From: a virus
DNA length: 64,000 nucleotides
Strand: one strand, 5' to 3'
IMG/VR virus record: IMGVR_UViG_3300025096_003363
Location: 34,843 to 98,842 of that record
Shown here in pieces: positions 1 to 8,467 of the stretch. Position 1 is the stretch's first letter, and every line of letters starts with the position of its first letter. The translations under genes and the position numbers were made by a program. The notes beneath the pieces are model-generated. The model was not told the DNA's origin. It did not search any database and worked only from the letters and a program-made list of their open reading frames with translations.

Positions 1-1114
1 TATCAATTTCATCATCTTGTAACTTAACACTTTCATCTCTACCGGTAATCTTTACAATTGTTTCTGTATTAATCTTTAGCGCAGGTGCTAATGTAGCCGC
101 GGTAATAGGTGAATTTTTGTCTTTAAAAGTTTTTATAGTCACATCAAACGGAGACAGTTTAGGTTTACTTTCTTTCTTAGGTTGCTTTGCACCTCTTATA
201 ATAGCCGTTGGATCTCCCTCCCGGTATATATCACCAAGCTTTAAGCCATCTTTTGTTCGAAATATTTCTGCTACAAACATTCCCTCGTCGTAGTCTGATG
301 GTGTATCTTCTTTCTTTTCTTTTGTTTCTGTAAACTCTATCTCATACCCCGGTTGAGCTTCTTGTAAAGTCTTTAACAACTCTATAATAACCTCATCATC
401 TAAACTTTCTAAAAATTTTACTCGACCCATTTTCATGTAGTCAGAAAATTCCTCTTGCTCTTCATCAGGTAAATCAACAACCCCGAGTTCAGGCTTTCCT
501 TTATATGTAAACTCCGGAATATTTGGACGCGCCTCTGTTATATACTTGAGAAAACCTTTCATGTTTTTACTGATATACTCAGTTACGTCCCTTGCGGAAT
601 CCTCCTTAACACCAGACTTAACTAAAGAACCAATGATTTGTTTCTTCACCGACCCCTTCTTACTAACAGGGTTATATTTTCCCTCTTTACTTCTAGACCC
701 GGGACCATGCCCCATCGCCGCTCGAGCTTCCTTTATAGTACCGGCGTCAGCACCTTCATATTCTCTTGTACCTTTATCATATAAGACACCCTGAAACGGA
801 ATTAGGGTTACAGTTTTTGGGCCGACAATTCTACCGAGGTAACCCTTTTTACCACTAGCTTGCTGCTTTGTAATACCCTTCTTATTAATTTTAACTATTT
901 CTATGCTCGGGTCATTAGCTAGTTCCTTTTTAAGAACCGCGATCGGTTGTTCACCCTTATAAGATTTCGTCATTCCCTTTACAAGCTTACCGGTATCAAG
1001 ATTTATACCCTGTTGAGCGGCTTGCTTTACACCCGCTGCCGCGGCTTTCGCTATTCCACGTATCTTATCTGAAAATCCCTCTTCAAGCAGCTCCTTTTGT
1101 GACAGTTTTGCCAT
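1..1114 (-). CDS. Hypothetical late protein, 3' end truncated by the window edge (absent from the ORF track)
   Basis: Read manually: ATG at 1114 (MAKLSQKELLEEGFSDKIRG...) stays open to position 1; TAAATA motif at 1126..1121, 6 nt upstream. Confidence 0.8.
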   Translation of the reverse strand, partial: MAKLSQKELLEEGFSDKIRGIAKAAAAGVKQAAQQGINLDTGKLVKGMTKSYKGEQPIAVLKKELANDPSIEIVKINKKGITKQQASGKKGYLGRIVGPKTVTLIPFQGVLYDKGTREYEGADAGTIKEARAAMGHGPGSRSKEGKYNPVSKKGSVKKQIIGSLVKSGVKEDSARDVTEYISKNMKGFLKYITEARPNIPEFTYKGKPELGVVDLPDEEQEEFSDYMKMGRVKFLESLDDEVIIELLKTLQEAQPGYEIEFTETKEKKEDTPSDYDEGMFVAEIFRTKDGLKLGDIYREGDPTAIIRGAKQPKKESKPKLSPFDVTIKTFKDKNSPITAATLAPALKINTETIVKITGRDESVKLQDDEID

Positions 1115-1129
1115 ATACAATATTTAGTC

Positions 1130-1156
1130 TTGAAAACAAAAATTAATATATATAAT
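1130..1156 (+). promoter_or_regulatory. Sigma70-like early promoter of folE
   Basis: TTGAAA (1130-1135), TATAAT (1151-1156), ATG 7 nt downstream. Confidence 0.55.
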
Positions 1157-1163
1157 ATAAGAT

Positions 1164-1820
1164 ATGGATCGAACTAAAGTTACTAAATTACCGACGGCTA
1201 ATGGTAATATGCCTCTAACAGGTGTAGAAAAGGAAGAAATTATTGAAGATGCAGCAAAGGCTTATGAGAAGTACCTAGATGCGCTTAGAATTGACTGGCG
1301 AAACGATCCTAATAGCGATAATACACCTAAAAGAGTAGCAAAAGCTTTTGTAACTGACTTAGCTGCTGGTTGTTATAACGAACTTCCAAATGTTACAGCA
1401 TTTCCATCAGATGGATACGATGGAATGGTGTTTCAAGGTGGTATTCCTGTTAAGTCATTTTGTTCACACCACCATTTACCGTTTTCAGGTAGAGCTCATG
1501 TAGCTTATATACCGTCTCCGAGCGGAAAGGTCATTGGATTGAGTAAATTAAACAGAATTGTTGAGCATTATGCAAGAAGACCGCAGATTCAAGAAGGTTT
1601 AACCATGCAGATTCATAAAGCTATTGATGAAATTTGTGAAGGTAATAAAGGAGTTGCTGTTATGATTTCTGCTACTCATACATGTGCTTGTCTAAGGGGA
1701 ATTAAGCACGATGGGTGTGAAATGAAGACTAGTCGACTTAGTAGTGACTTTTTAGATGATATTGCTACTAGAAATGAGTTTTATCAGTTTGTGTCTGACT
1801 GGAGAGGTCAATGTATCTAA
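1164..1820 (+). CDS. folE: GTP cyclohydrolase I
   Basis: [34 protein letters not shown] and HTCACLRG motifs. Confidence 0.95.
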   Translation: MDRTKVTKLPTANGNMPLTGVEKEEIIEDAAKAYEKYLDALRIDWRNDPNSDNTPKRVAKAFVTDLAAGCYNELPNVTAFPSDGYDGMVFQGGIPVKSFCSHHHLPFSGRAHVAYIPSPSGKVIGLSKLNRIVEHYARRPQIQEGLTMQIHKAIDEICEGNKGVAVMISATHTCACLRGIKHDGCEMKTSRLSSDFLDDIATRNEFYQFVSDWRGQCI

Positions 1821-2257
1821 TAAGATGCCTCTATTTCTTCATCAGCGATGTTTTCTTGACTAACATCAATAAGAGCACCTAGCTCTTTTTCAATAAAATC
1901 CTTACTTACTAAGATTTTAAATAGGTTTGTAGATCTATCGCCTACTGAAAAGGGTATATCTTTAAATTCCTTGTTGCCGATTTTAAGATCGAAGTTAACT
2001 ACAGGTCTTTCTTCAGTATTACCAGCACCGACATTAATAACAATAGTATCTACCTTATCCTTTATAAGATGTTTGTTGTTAACTGTCTTAAAAAGCACTT
2101 TATTACCCTGCACTTGTATATCTTCCCCATGAATAACGTTAAATGCACCGTTACCAGAGTCGAGTTTTGATGGAATTTTACCAATACCATCTACATCAAA
2201 GAACTCGATGAGTCCTAAGACTTGTTTTTCTAAAAAGAACCGGTTAAAATTTTTCAT
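1817..2257 (-). CDS. Retropepsin-like protease (RimK-associated 'ATP-dependent Zn protease' family)
   Basis: KLDSGN catalytic-type motif, [20 protein letters not shown]; TAAATA 9 nt upstream. Confidence 0.7.
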   Translation of the reverse strand: MKNFNRFFLEKQVLGLIEFFDVDGIGKIPSKLDSGNGAFNVIHGEDIQVQGNKVLFKTVNNKHLIKDKVDTIVINVGAGNTEERPVVNFDLKIGNKEFKDIPFSVGDRSTNLFKILVSKDFIEKELGALIDVSQENIADEEIEASY

Positions 2258-2281
2258 AGCAACTGCTATTTATGATTATGG

Positions 2282-2629
2282 TCAAGTGTTTTCAATATCC
2301 TCGTACCCTACATTAAATTGATCCACTACTTCAACTTCATCAACTACCTCTTCACCTATATCTACCGCTACAGAGATAGTAGCACCAGCAGCTGTAGCTA
2401 ATTCAGCTATAGCACCAATTGCCTGAGCGGCTATAACCGCTATATCTGGTGTCACGTTACCACACTCTTCCGATTCAACCTCAGGGACCGGCATTTCATC
2501 ACCCGTAATAAGAGGTCCCACGGCTCCAATAGAAGCAGTTTGTGCACCATGACCTAGACCTATACTCTCCTGTACCTTATGGTAGGCGTGTTCTAGAAGT
2601 TGTTTCTCTTTACGCTTCTCATCTCTCAT
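2282..2629 (-). CDS. Acidic hypothetical late protein, possible internal head protein
   Basis: ORF with TAAATA 5 nt upstream; N-terminus ends in QLLE. Confidence 0.6.
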   Translation of the reverse strand: MRDEKRKEKQLLEHAYHKVQESIGLGHGAQTASIGAVGPLITGDEMPVPEVESEECGNVTPDIAVIAAQAIGAIAELATAAGATISVAVDIGEEVVDEVEVVDQFNVGYEDIENT

Positions 2630-2637
2630 ACTATTAT

Positions 2638-3177
2638 TTATGCTAGTATGGCCTTTATTTGATCTCTATCCTCAATGGATATTTCCTCGGGTACAAAATA
2701 ATCTAACGCTTCGTCAATATCTTGCTGTATTATTTGTCTTGTCTCACTACCAGATATACCTTCCTCCTGCATTGGTATCTTTACCACATTCACATAAGGG
2801 TACTTTTCAACATTATCCTGAAAATACTTGTATCGTTTAACATCCGCATCCTTTTCACCCGCACCAACTAACAATGTTTTATCTAAATTTGCATCAGCGA
2901 AGTCGTAAACAGCCTTTACAGGGTTAGGTACATACACAACCTCTACATTCTTATCAAAATATCTTGAGTATATCTTCCATATTTGTTCAGACTGCTCAGG
3001 TGTAATACCTTCACGCTCCTTACCACCAATAAATACGACACCTCTATCAGCATCATCAAGCAAATACCTTAAAGCATTAAAGTGACCCTTTGTAGGCGGT
3101 TTAAATCCACCGGGAAGCAGAGCGATTCGCTCAACTCTTGTCTCCATATCTTCAAAATATTCTATAAATGTCCTCAT
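2638..3177 (-). CDS. HIGH-superfamily nucleotidyltransferase (cytidylyltransferase/NadD/CoaD-like)
   Basis: ALLPGGFKPPTKGH (HxGH variant), GAGEKD and C-terminal ISGSETR. Confidence 0.8.
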   Translation of the reverse strand: MRTFIEYFEDMETRVERIALLPGGFKPPTKGHFNALRYLLDDADRGVVFIGGKEREGITPEQSEQIWKIYSRYFDKNVEVVYVPNPVKAVYDFADANLDKTLLVGAGEKDADVKRYKYFQDNVEKYPYVNVVKIPMQEEGISGSETRQIIQQDIDEALDYFVPEEISIEDRDQIKAILA

Positions 3178-4382
3178 GACCCGGGTTTATCTTTTTGAAA
3201 GTTAGCTGAACTAAAATCTAATCTGTTAACAAGCTTAACAGCATTACCATCTCTATCAACCGCTACATATCCCTCTGGAGAAGTAACTCTCAACTTACCT
3301 TCACCCTCGTCGATAAAGTGTTTAGTGTTATAAACAGCATTATTGTACTTGTTAATAAAGATTTGCTTAGCCTGTGATAATAAACTACTAACCTTAAACA
3401 GATTAACTATGTCATCCTTTTGAGCTTGGAACTGAGCTGTTTTTTGCTTAAGAGTTTCTTCTAATCTTTGCTTTCCACGCTTAGATTTTCTCTTATCAAC
3501 CTCTTTATTAATTCTAGTAGTATACCATTCAATAAAGTTTCTATAAGACTCTTCTGGATCATTTAAGAACTTACCTTCTCGAATCTCCGTATTAATATAA
3601 GGGTTGAGAAGATCAGAAGGTAAGTCCTTGTAATCTATTTTGATTGAATCAGCGGTTTTTATTAAGTCTCTAACCTGCTTTACTTCATCTTTTGTTAAAT
3701 TTACAACGCCTGTATCGTCTTTAAAGTAGGCATCATCAAACCAAACACCTGGAACCTGCTTCAACCGGTTAACTTTAGCACCAAACGCCGCCGGGCTGTC
3801 TAAATCGTTATATTCTGTATGGAATATGATACCAAACACGGAGTTAGCTATCTTTTTACCTAGATCTGAATTAGCCTCTACTGCATATTTGATCGTATTA
3901 GGTTGAAATGTGTAATGAACTACACCATCTATGTTCTCTTTCTTAACCGATGAAGAATCAAACATAAAATCACCCTGCATTATGTTCTTAATACCTAACT
4001 TAGGTAGATATTTTAAAGCCTTCTTAAGTTTATCCGCTAAACCAGGGGCATGCCCGTGATTAACTTCAACATCTTGGTCATTATAGTTAATTTTAGGCTC
4101 TTTATTAAAGACAGCCTTAGTACCAACAAAGAATTTACCGGTATCAGGGTGCTTTCCAGCAAAGATAGCAGGGGCTCCATCCCATTTTACCGTAGTACCG
4201 ATCTTTCTTTTACTCTTTCCTTGTAAATGGCCGAGTAAATTAGTTAAAAAGCCCCTAGCCTGGTCATAACCACCCTTACCTCTTGTAAGGATCAGTTCTT
4301 CTAAGTGTGTAAGGTGTGTATTAGCCTTAGCTTCCTCGATTAACTCTAAGTAATGTTCGAAATATAGTTTAAAGTTTTTCAT
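3174..4382 (-). CDS. Conserved T4-like phage protein (DUF6267-like) with ATP-dependent ligase-type motifs
   Basis: NTHLTHLEE N-terminus; TVKWDG (motif I KxDG), MQGDFMF, PEGYVAV (motif IV), AVKLV (motif V). Confidence 0.65.
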   Translation of the reverse strand: MKNFKLYFEHYLELIEEAKANTHLTHLEELILTRGKGGYDQARGFLTNLLGHLQGKSKRKIGTTVKWDGAPAIFAGKHPDTGKFFVGTKAVFNKEPKINYNDQDVEVNHGHAPGLADKLKKALKYLPKLGIKNIMQGDFMFDSSSVKKENIDGVVHYTFQPNTIKYAVEANSDLGKKIANSVFGIIFHTEYNDLDSPAAFGAKVNRLKQVPGVWFDDAYFKDDTGVVNLTKDEVKQVRDLIKTADSIKIDYKDLPSDLLNPYINTEIREGKFLNDPEESYRNFIEWYTTRINKEVDKRKSKRGKQRLEETLKQKTAQFQAQKDDIVNLFKVSSLLSQAKQIFINKYNNAVYNTKHFIDEGEGKLRVTSPEGYVAVDRDGNAVKLVNRLDFSSANFQKDKPGS

Positions 4383-5750
4383 TTATTTTATTGTTAAGTT
4401 ATAACCTCCGCGTCCCCCACCTGTATTAGGTGAAATAGTAATACTGTCACCTAATTCGAATAATTTCTGTATAGAGCTGGTTGCATATTCCCTGTAACCC
4501 TTTCCCTTAAAGGGGCCTATTGTTACCATGTTAAAGTTATCCTTATTAAAGAATAAAAAGTAATTAAAGCCTTGACCCTTTTCTTCTTCTTCTTTAAAAT
4601 ATTCTGCTATTTGAAACCCAGCAGCTATTTTACGGCCCTTTAACTCCGGATCACCAGCCGCATCTAAAAAGGAATCAATAATACTAACTGCACTATCTGG
4701 TTCAGATGAAAATTCCGACAAACCAGCTACTAATTTTTCACGTGGTGCTTTAGCAAAAAAACTATTTGTAATTATAGCCTCACCAGCATCTCTCATTTTA
4801 AGTTCTTCTCTTTGATCAGCTAAATATTTTGTTACATCAATACCTTTACTATCTTTTATATTCTCAAAATAATCTCTACGCCGTACATCCTTTTCAACCA
4901 ACTTTAACTTAGTCTCTAAATCGTAACTACTATTATCAATAACACTAATTACCCGGTCAACAACGCGTTGTTGTGCTGGAGCTACATTAAATTCGTAATC
5001 TTTTATAGCACTAAACACAGTCTGAATTATATTTTCATCTATATTGGCTTCTTTTAATTGAAGTTTTGCAAATTTATTAAAGTTACGTATTAAACCTAAC
5101 GTTTTTCCCTTACCCGGTCTACCTGCACCTGACTTGACCTCAACCAACGATCCATCTGGTAGTGTTATATCACCCTCTTTTGGATTTTTACCCTCTGAAA
5201 ACAATGTTAAAACCGCCTCCCCGGGCCCAACTCCAACTGCCCCCTCTTCAAAAGTTATCTGTGACATTAATTCGACAGCCTTTCTATTTGTTACATGCTT
5301 AAGATCGTATTTAGCTCCTAGTTTTTCAATTACACGTAAAAAATTAGCTGTTCCCTTATTTAGCGCTTGTTGTAAATCTGATAATCTGTTTGAATTTTTT
5401 AAACGAGTTAATCTTTCTACTTCATCATAAAATTCTTCCCTAATACCCACGTTATCTAATTGTATAGACTTAGCATATATGTCATTTATTCGAACACTTA
5501 AATTATAGATAGCCGAAGGGCTATCCCAACCCCCTGATTCAACCCAGTCGTTAATTACACCAATTGATGTATTCTGTTTACCTAATCTTAATAACTTTCT
5601 AGCTTCGTCTTGATCTATTTCAACCTCTTTAATATTACCATCGTCAAACTCTATAGTTACTTTTGCTTCATCTAGTACATGAAGATGTTCACGAGGTGGA
5701 ATATTACCACGTACCCGCTTTTTATAAACGTCTTCTAATGACCATTGCAT
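4383..5750 (-). CDS. Putative PD-(D/E)XK nuclease-domain protein
   Basis: GVGPGE...EGDITLPDGSLVEVKS matches the E...D...ExK restriction-like core. Confidence 0.55.
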   Translation of the reverse strand: MQWSLEDVYKKRVRGNIPPREHLHVLDEAKVTIEFDDGNIKEVEIDQDEARKLLRLGKQNTSIGVINDWVESGGWDSPSAIYNLSVRINDIYAKSIQLDNVGIREEFYDEVERLTRLKNSNRLSDLQQALNKGTANFLRVIEKLGAKYDLKHVTNRKAVELMSQITFEEGAVGVGPGEAVLTLFSEGKNPKEGDITLPDGSLVEVKSGAGRPGKGKTLGLIRNFNKFAKLQLKEANIDENIIQTVFSAIKDYEFNVAPAQQRVVDRVISVIDNSSYDLETKLKLVEKDVRRRDYFENIKDSKGIDVTKYLADQREELKMRDAGEAIITNSFFAKAPREKLVAGLSEFSSEPDSAVSIIDSFLDAAGDPELKGRKIAAGFQIAEYFKEEEEKGQGFNYFLFFNKDNFNMVTIGPFKGKGYREYATSSIQKLFELGDSITISPNTGGGRGGYNLTIK

Positions 5751-5752
5751 GA

Positions 5753-6097
5753 TTAGTGTGCGTCTACAGTTTCAAGCTCTTGTTCAACGGTCTCGTCAGA
5801 AAATTCAACTAACCTTTCTATTGTTTCAATAACCTTTCTAGGCTGTGTCCTCCCAAACTCTTTGTTGACCTGTGCAGCAATGTTTATATCTTGCATATTA
5901 GGTGCATATATAAAGGCATTAGTCAACAGCTCAGCAACATATATTTCACCTTCTGGAGAAATGCCTGTTGGCGCTGGGGGAATATCTGCAACATCAGTAG
6001 CATCCGCTTCGACATCGACGTTAACGTCAACCTCCTCTACTTCATCCTGCTCAGAATAAAGCTCTTTATATTGTTCAAATAGTTTTAATGTTTTCAT
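5753..6097 (-). CDS. Acidic hypothetical late protein
   Basis: ORF in the late operon; MKTLKLFE N-terminus. Confidence 0.65.
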   Translation of the reverse strand: MKTLKLFEQYKELYSEQDEVEEVDVNVDVEADATDVADIPPAPTGISPEGEIYVAELLTNAFIYAPNMQDINIAAQVNKEFGRTQPRKVIETIERLVEFSDETVEQELETVDAH

Positions 6098-6099
6098 AA

Positions 6100-6507
6100 T
6101 TATTGTTCTGTGGGTTCTGTGGCTTTATCTCTTATTGCTTGTTTTAACTCTTCTGTCTTCTTTTGAAAAACTGATACAGCGTCTTTTGCTACTCTCTGTC
6201 TTTCCTTTACAGCTTTTTTAGCGCCTCTAGCACCGGAAAACATACCACCTTGATTTGCTAATCTGTTAACCTCTCTATCAACATCATATTTCTCAGGCCC
6301 GGTTTGAATTTCTTGATCTTCCACAGGAATAAGCGGAACCTCTATACCACCAACACTATCCTCAAAAGCTAAAAAATTCTCAAAAGGCGATCCAACACCA
6401 GATATTGCAAAACGTCTCATTACTTTACCATTAACATCCTTCAACTCTACAGTATATTTGTCCTCACCTGGTCGATTCTCTTCTAACAGTTTAAGAAACT
6501 TATTCAT
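6100..6507 (-). CDS. Hypothetical late protein
   Basis: MNKFLKLLEE N-terminus; TAAATA 5 nt upstream. Confidence 0.65.
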   Translation of the reverse strand: MNKFLKLLEENRPGEDKYTVELKDVNGKVMRRFAISGVGSPFENFLAFEDSVGGIEVPLIPVEDQEIQTGPEKYDVDREVNRLANQGGMFSGARGAKKAVKERQRVAKDAVSVFQKKTEELKQAIRDKATEPTEQ

Positions 6508-6515
6508 GTATATAT

Positions 6516-7028
6516 TTATGGAAGTAGTGAGAGTTTTATATTCACATTAGCAAGAAACTCTTTCTCTAAGTGCTTTAGATCATATCTTTTAAGAAAGTTC
6601 CGAAAGTTTCTAAAAGACAATTGAGCCTCAGTAGGGCTTTTCCATACTTCATAGTCCTGTCCTTCAATAAATTCCCTAAATCCTACCTCATCATACTTAA
6701 TTATACTCGGCAGCGTGTTAAAAATACGCCTTACAAGCTGATGTTCAATGACTTTTTTATCCACCTTGTAATAAAACAGCTTTTTATGCTCTTTATCTAT
6801 TTTAACAGCATGTATTATCTGCTTTAGTATAAAATGAATACCAAGCTTGTTTTTATCATGTCGATTTAACCTTAAATCGTTTTCAACGAGGTGATAATTA
6901 TACTCATTAAAGGATTTAGTTAAGAAATAATTAAGATTCATTATAGTCTTATGAATCTTCGGTACATAGAGATGGCTACTTTCGTCGTTTACCGATTCTA
7001 AGGTTGATGATTCCATTATAGTAGTCAT
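6516..7028 (-). CDS. Hypothetical protein (true start uncertain, possibly ATG 6941)
   Basis: Fills the gap between same-strand neighbours; the listed 5' end overlaps the upstream gene. Confidence 0.6.
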   Translation of the reverse strand: MTTIMESSTLESVNDESSHLYVPKIHKTIMNLNYFLTKSFNEYNYHLVENDLRLNRHDKNKLGIHFILKQIIHAVKIDKEHKKLFYYKVDKKVIEHQLVRRIFNTLPSIIKYDEVGFREFIEGQDYEVWKSPTEAQLSFRNFRNFLKRYDLKHLEKEFLANVNIKLSLLP

Positions 7029-7386
7029 CTCTTAACAATACTTCTTCTTTAAATTGTAATCTAGCTTCGTAATAACTCAACTCCCACTTAGAATCACACC
7101 ATCTAAGGATTTCGAACTTAAAATTACCTTTACCGAGTACACTTATATGCTCATTAAGCTGATTTGACGAAGAAGTGTACCCCTTCCAGTCAGTTTCGAC
7201 TTCATACCGTCGTTTATTCTTCTTTCCCTTTAAAGGCGGTCGCTTTCTAATACACTTACACTGCTTTTTACCAATATACTTCTTATCATTAGTAAGATTT
7301 GTTATCTTATAAATGAAACCGTAAGGTAAGTCCGTCCCTTCCTCGAGGATCCCCTCCCAATGTCCTAAATCACTCACTCTATCCAA
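6976..7386 (-). CDS. Small GIY-YIG endonuclease
   Basis: YGFIYKITN...KKYIGKK, W..Y.SS, E and YYN motifs. Confidence 0.8.
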   Translation of the reverse strand: MDRVSDLGHWEGILEEGTDLPYGFIYKITNLTNDKKYIGKKQCKCIRKRPPLKGKKNKRRYEVETDWKGYTSSSNQLNEHISVLGKGNFKFEILRWCDSKWELSYYEARLQFKEEVLLRDDYYNGIINLRIGKRRK

Positions 7387-8047
7387 ATACGCTTAACCAC
7401 TCATCCGGTACTTTTGATAAATCTAATACCTTAGCCTGTATATTATCGTCTCCTAGTTCAACAGCTTTATGTAATCTATGATTACCATCTAATATCATAT
7501 CATATTTACCACTATTCTTTGTAATAATAATAGGATACTTCAAATCAGCTTTCATAGCCCTATCATATGTAGACTTTACTTGCTCCGGAGTCTTATTAGG
7601 CTTGTGTCGTGTATGTATGTCTAAATGAGCGACACCCTCTACTGGGATAGAGATAACAGGCGATTCTAATTCCGCTAGCTTACTCTCTACATCCTGCATC
7701 GTGATGGTAAGCTTACCATCAGACCATGTGGTATCTTCGTACCCCGGGTGAGTATCCTCTTCTCCCTCTTCGCCAGTTAAAAACACCCCATCTATACCAT
7801 CAGTTTCTTTCTTTTTCTTCTTTTTCTTACCAGTAGAACCTTTACGTGTTTGAACCTTACCCTTACCCAACACTTTAGGCACTCTTGCATCACCTGGTGC
7901 GTATGTATCGCCGGAGTCAATAGTATCAGGTGGACTATAGACTGCATGTCCAGATGGGCCGTCACCAAATACACCACCAGCACCAGCTGTCATCGACTCT
8001 TTTAACATCTTAAAAAATAACTGTTCAAATCTACCACTTGATTCCAT
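7379..8047 (-). CDS. Late protein with a C-terminal ParB/Sulfiredoxin-like domain
   Basis: ADLKYPIII...ILDGNHRLHKA; perfect TATAAATA upstream at 8063..8056. Confidence 0.7.
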   Translation of the reverse strand: MESSGRFEQLFFKMLKESMTAGAGGVFGDGPSGHAVYSPPDTIDSGDTYAPGDARVPKVLGKGKVQTRKGSTGKKKKKKKETDGIDGVFLTGEEGEEDTHPGYEDTTWSDGKLTITMQDVESKLAELESPVISIPVEGVAHLDIHTRHKPNKTPEQVKSTYDRAMKADLKYPIIITKNSGKYDMILDGNHRLHKAVELGDDNIQAKVLDLSKVPDEWLSVFG

Positions 8048-8065
8048 TGTAACTATATTTATAAT
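8038..8065. promoter_or_regulatory. Overlapping divergent promoters: early sigma70-like (+) and T4 late TATAAATA (-)
   Basis: + strand TTGATT 8038-8043, N16, TATAAT 8060-8065, GTG 8072; - strand TATAAATA 8063..8056, ATG 8047. Confidence 0.7.
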
Positions 8066-8071
8066 AGTATT

Positions 8072-8467
8072 GTGGAATTGCTAAAGAAGTATATGGAAGA
8101 CATTGGGCAAGATCTTGTACTAAATGATCTCAACCTTAAAGAACAACAGCAAAGACTACCTGCTCGTAAGCATTTTTGGGTAGGAAGACTAATAGAAGCT
8201 AAGATTAAACGCAATAAGTTTTTTGCGCAAAAGAGTAAGCTTAAAAAAGACCTAGTTAAAAAGGTAATTACCGATTCGCCTGTACGCATCAATCAAGCTT
8301 CCGCGGAATCCGCTGCTGAAAAGTATGAATCTGTGGTTAAGCTTAATAATAGCATAAAAGAACAAGATACTATTATAGAATATCTCGAAAAGGTGGAAAA
8401 GATTCTTGGTAACATGCATTGGGAAATTAAAAATGTTATCGATATGAATAAAATGGAGCAGTATTAA
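8072..8467 (+). CDS. uvsY: Recombination mediator UvsY-like
   Basis: Size, helical composition, WEIKNVID C-terminus and position directly before uvsW. Confidence 0.65.
   Translation: MELLKKYMEDIGQDLVLNDLNLKEQQQRLPARKHFWVGRLIEAKIKRNKFFAQKSKLKKDLVKKVITDSPVRINQASAESAAEKYESVVKLNNSIKEQDTIIEYLEKVEKILGNMHWEIKNVIDMNKMEQY

Noticed and set aside
546-794. Plus-strand 82-aa ORF and the many other short antisense ORFs in the track (e.g. 5134-5430, 19692-20108, 33299-36713 set, 40152-40727)
   Set aside because: Shadows of longer, motif-bearing genes on the opposite strand
6976-7386. Mobile homing endonuclease or intron
   Set aside because: Only a catalytic GIY-YIG domain, with no DNA-binding extension and no interrupted host gene; more likely a resident nuclease
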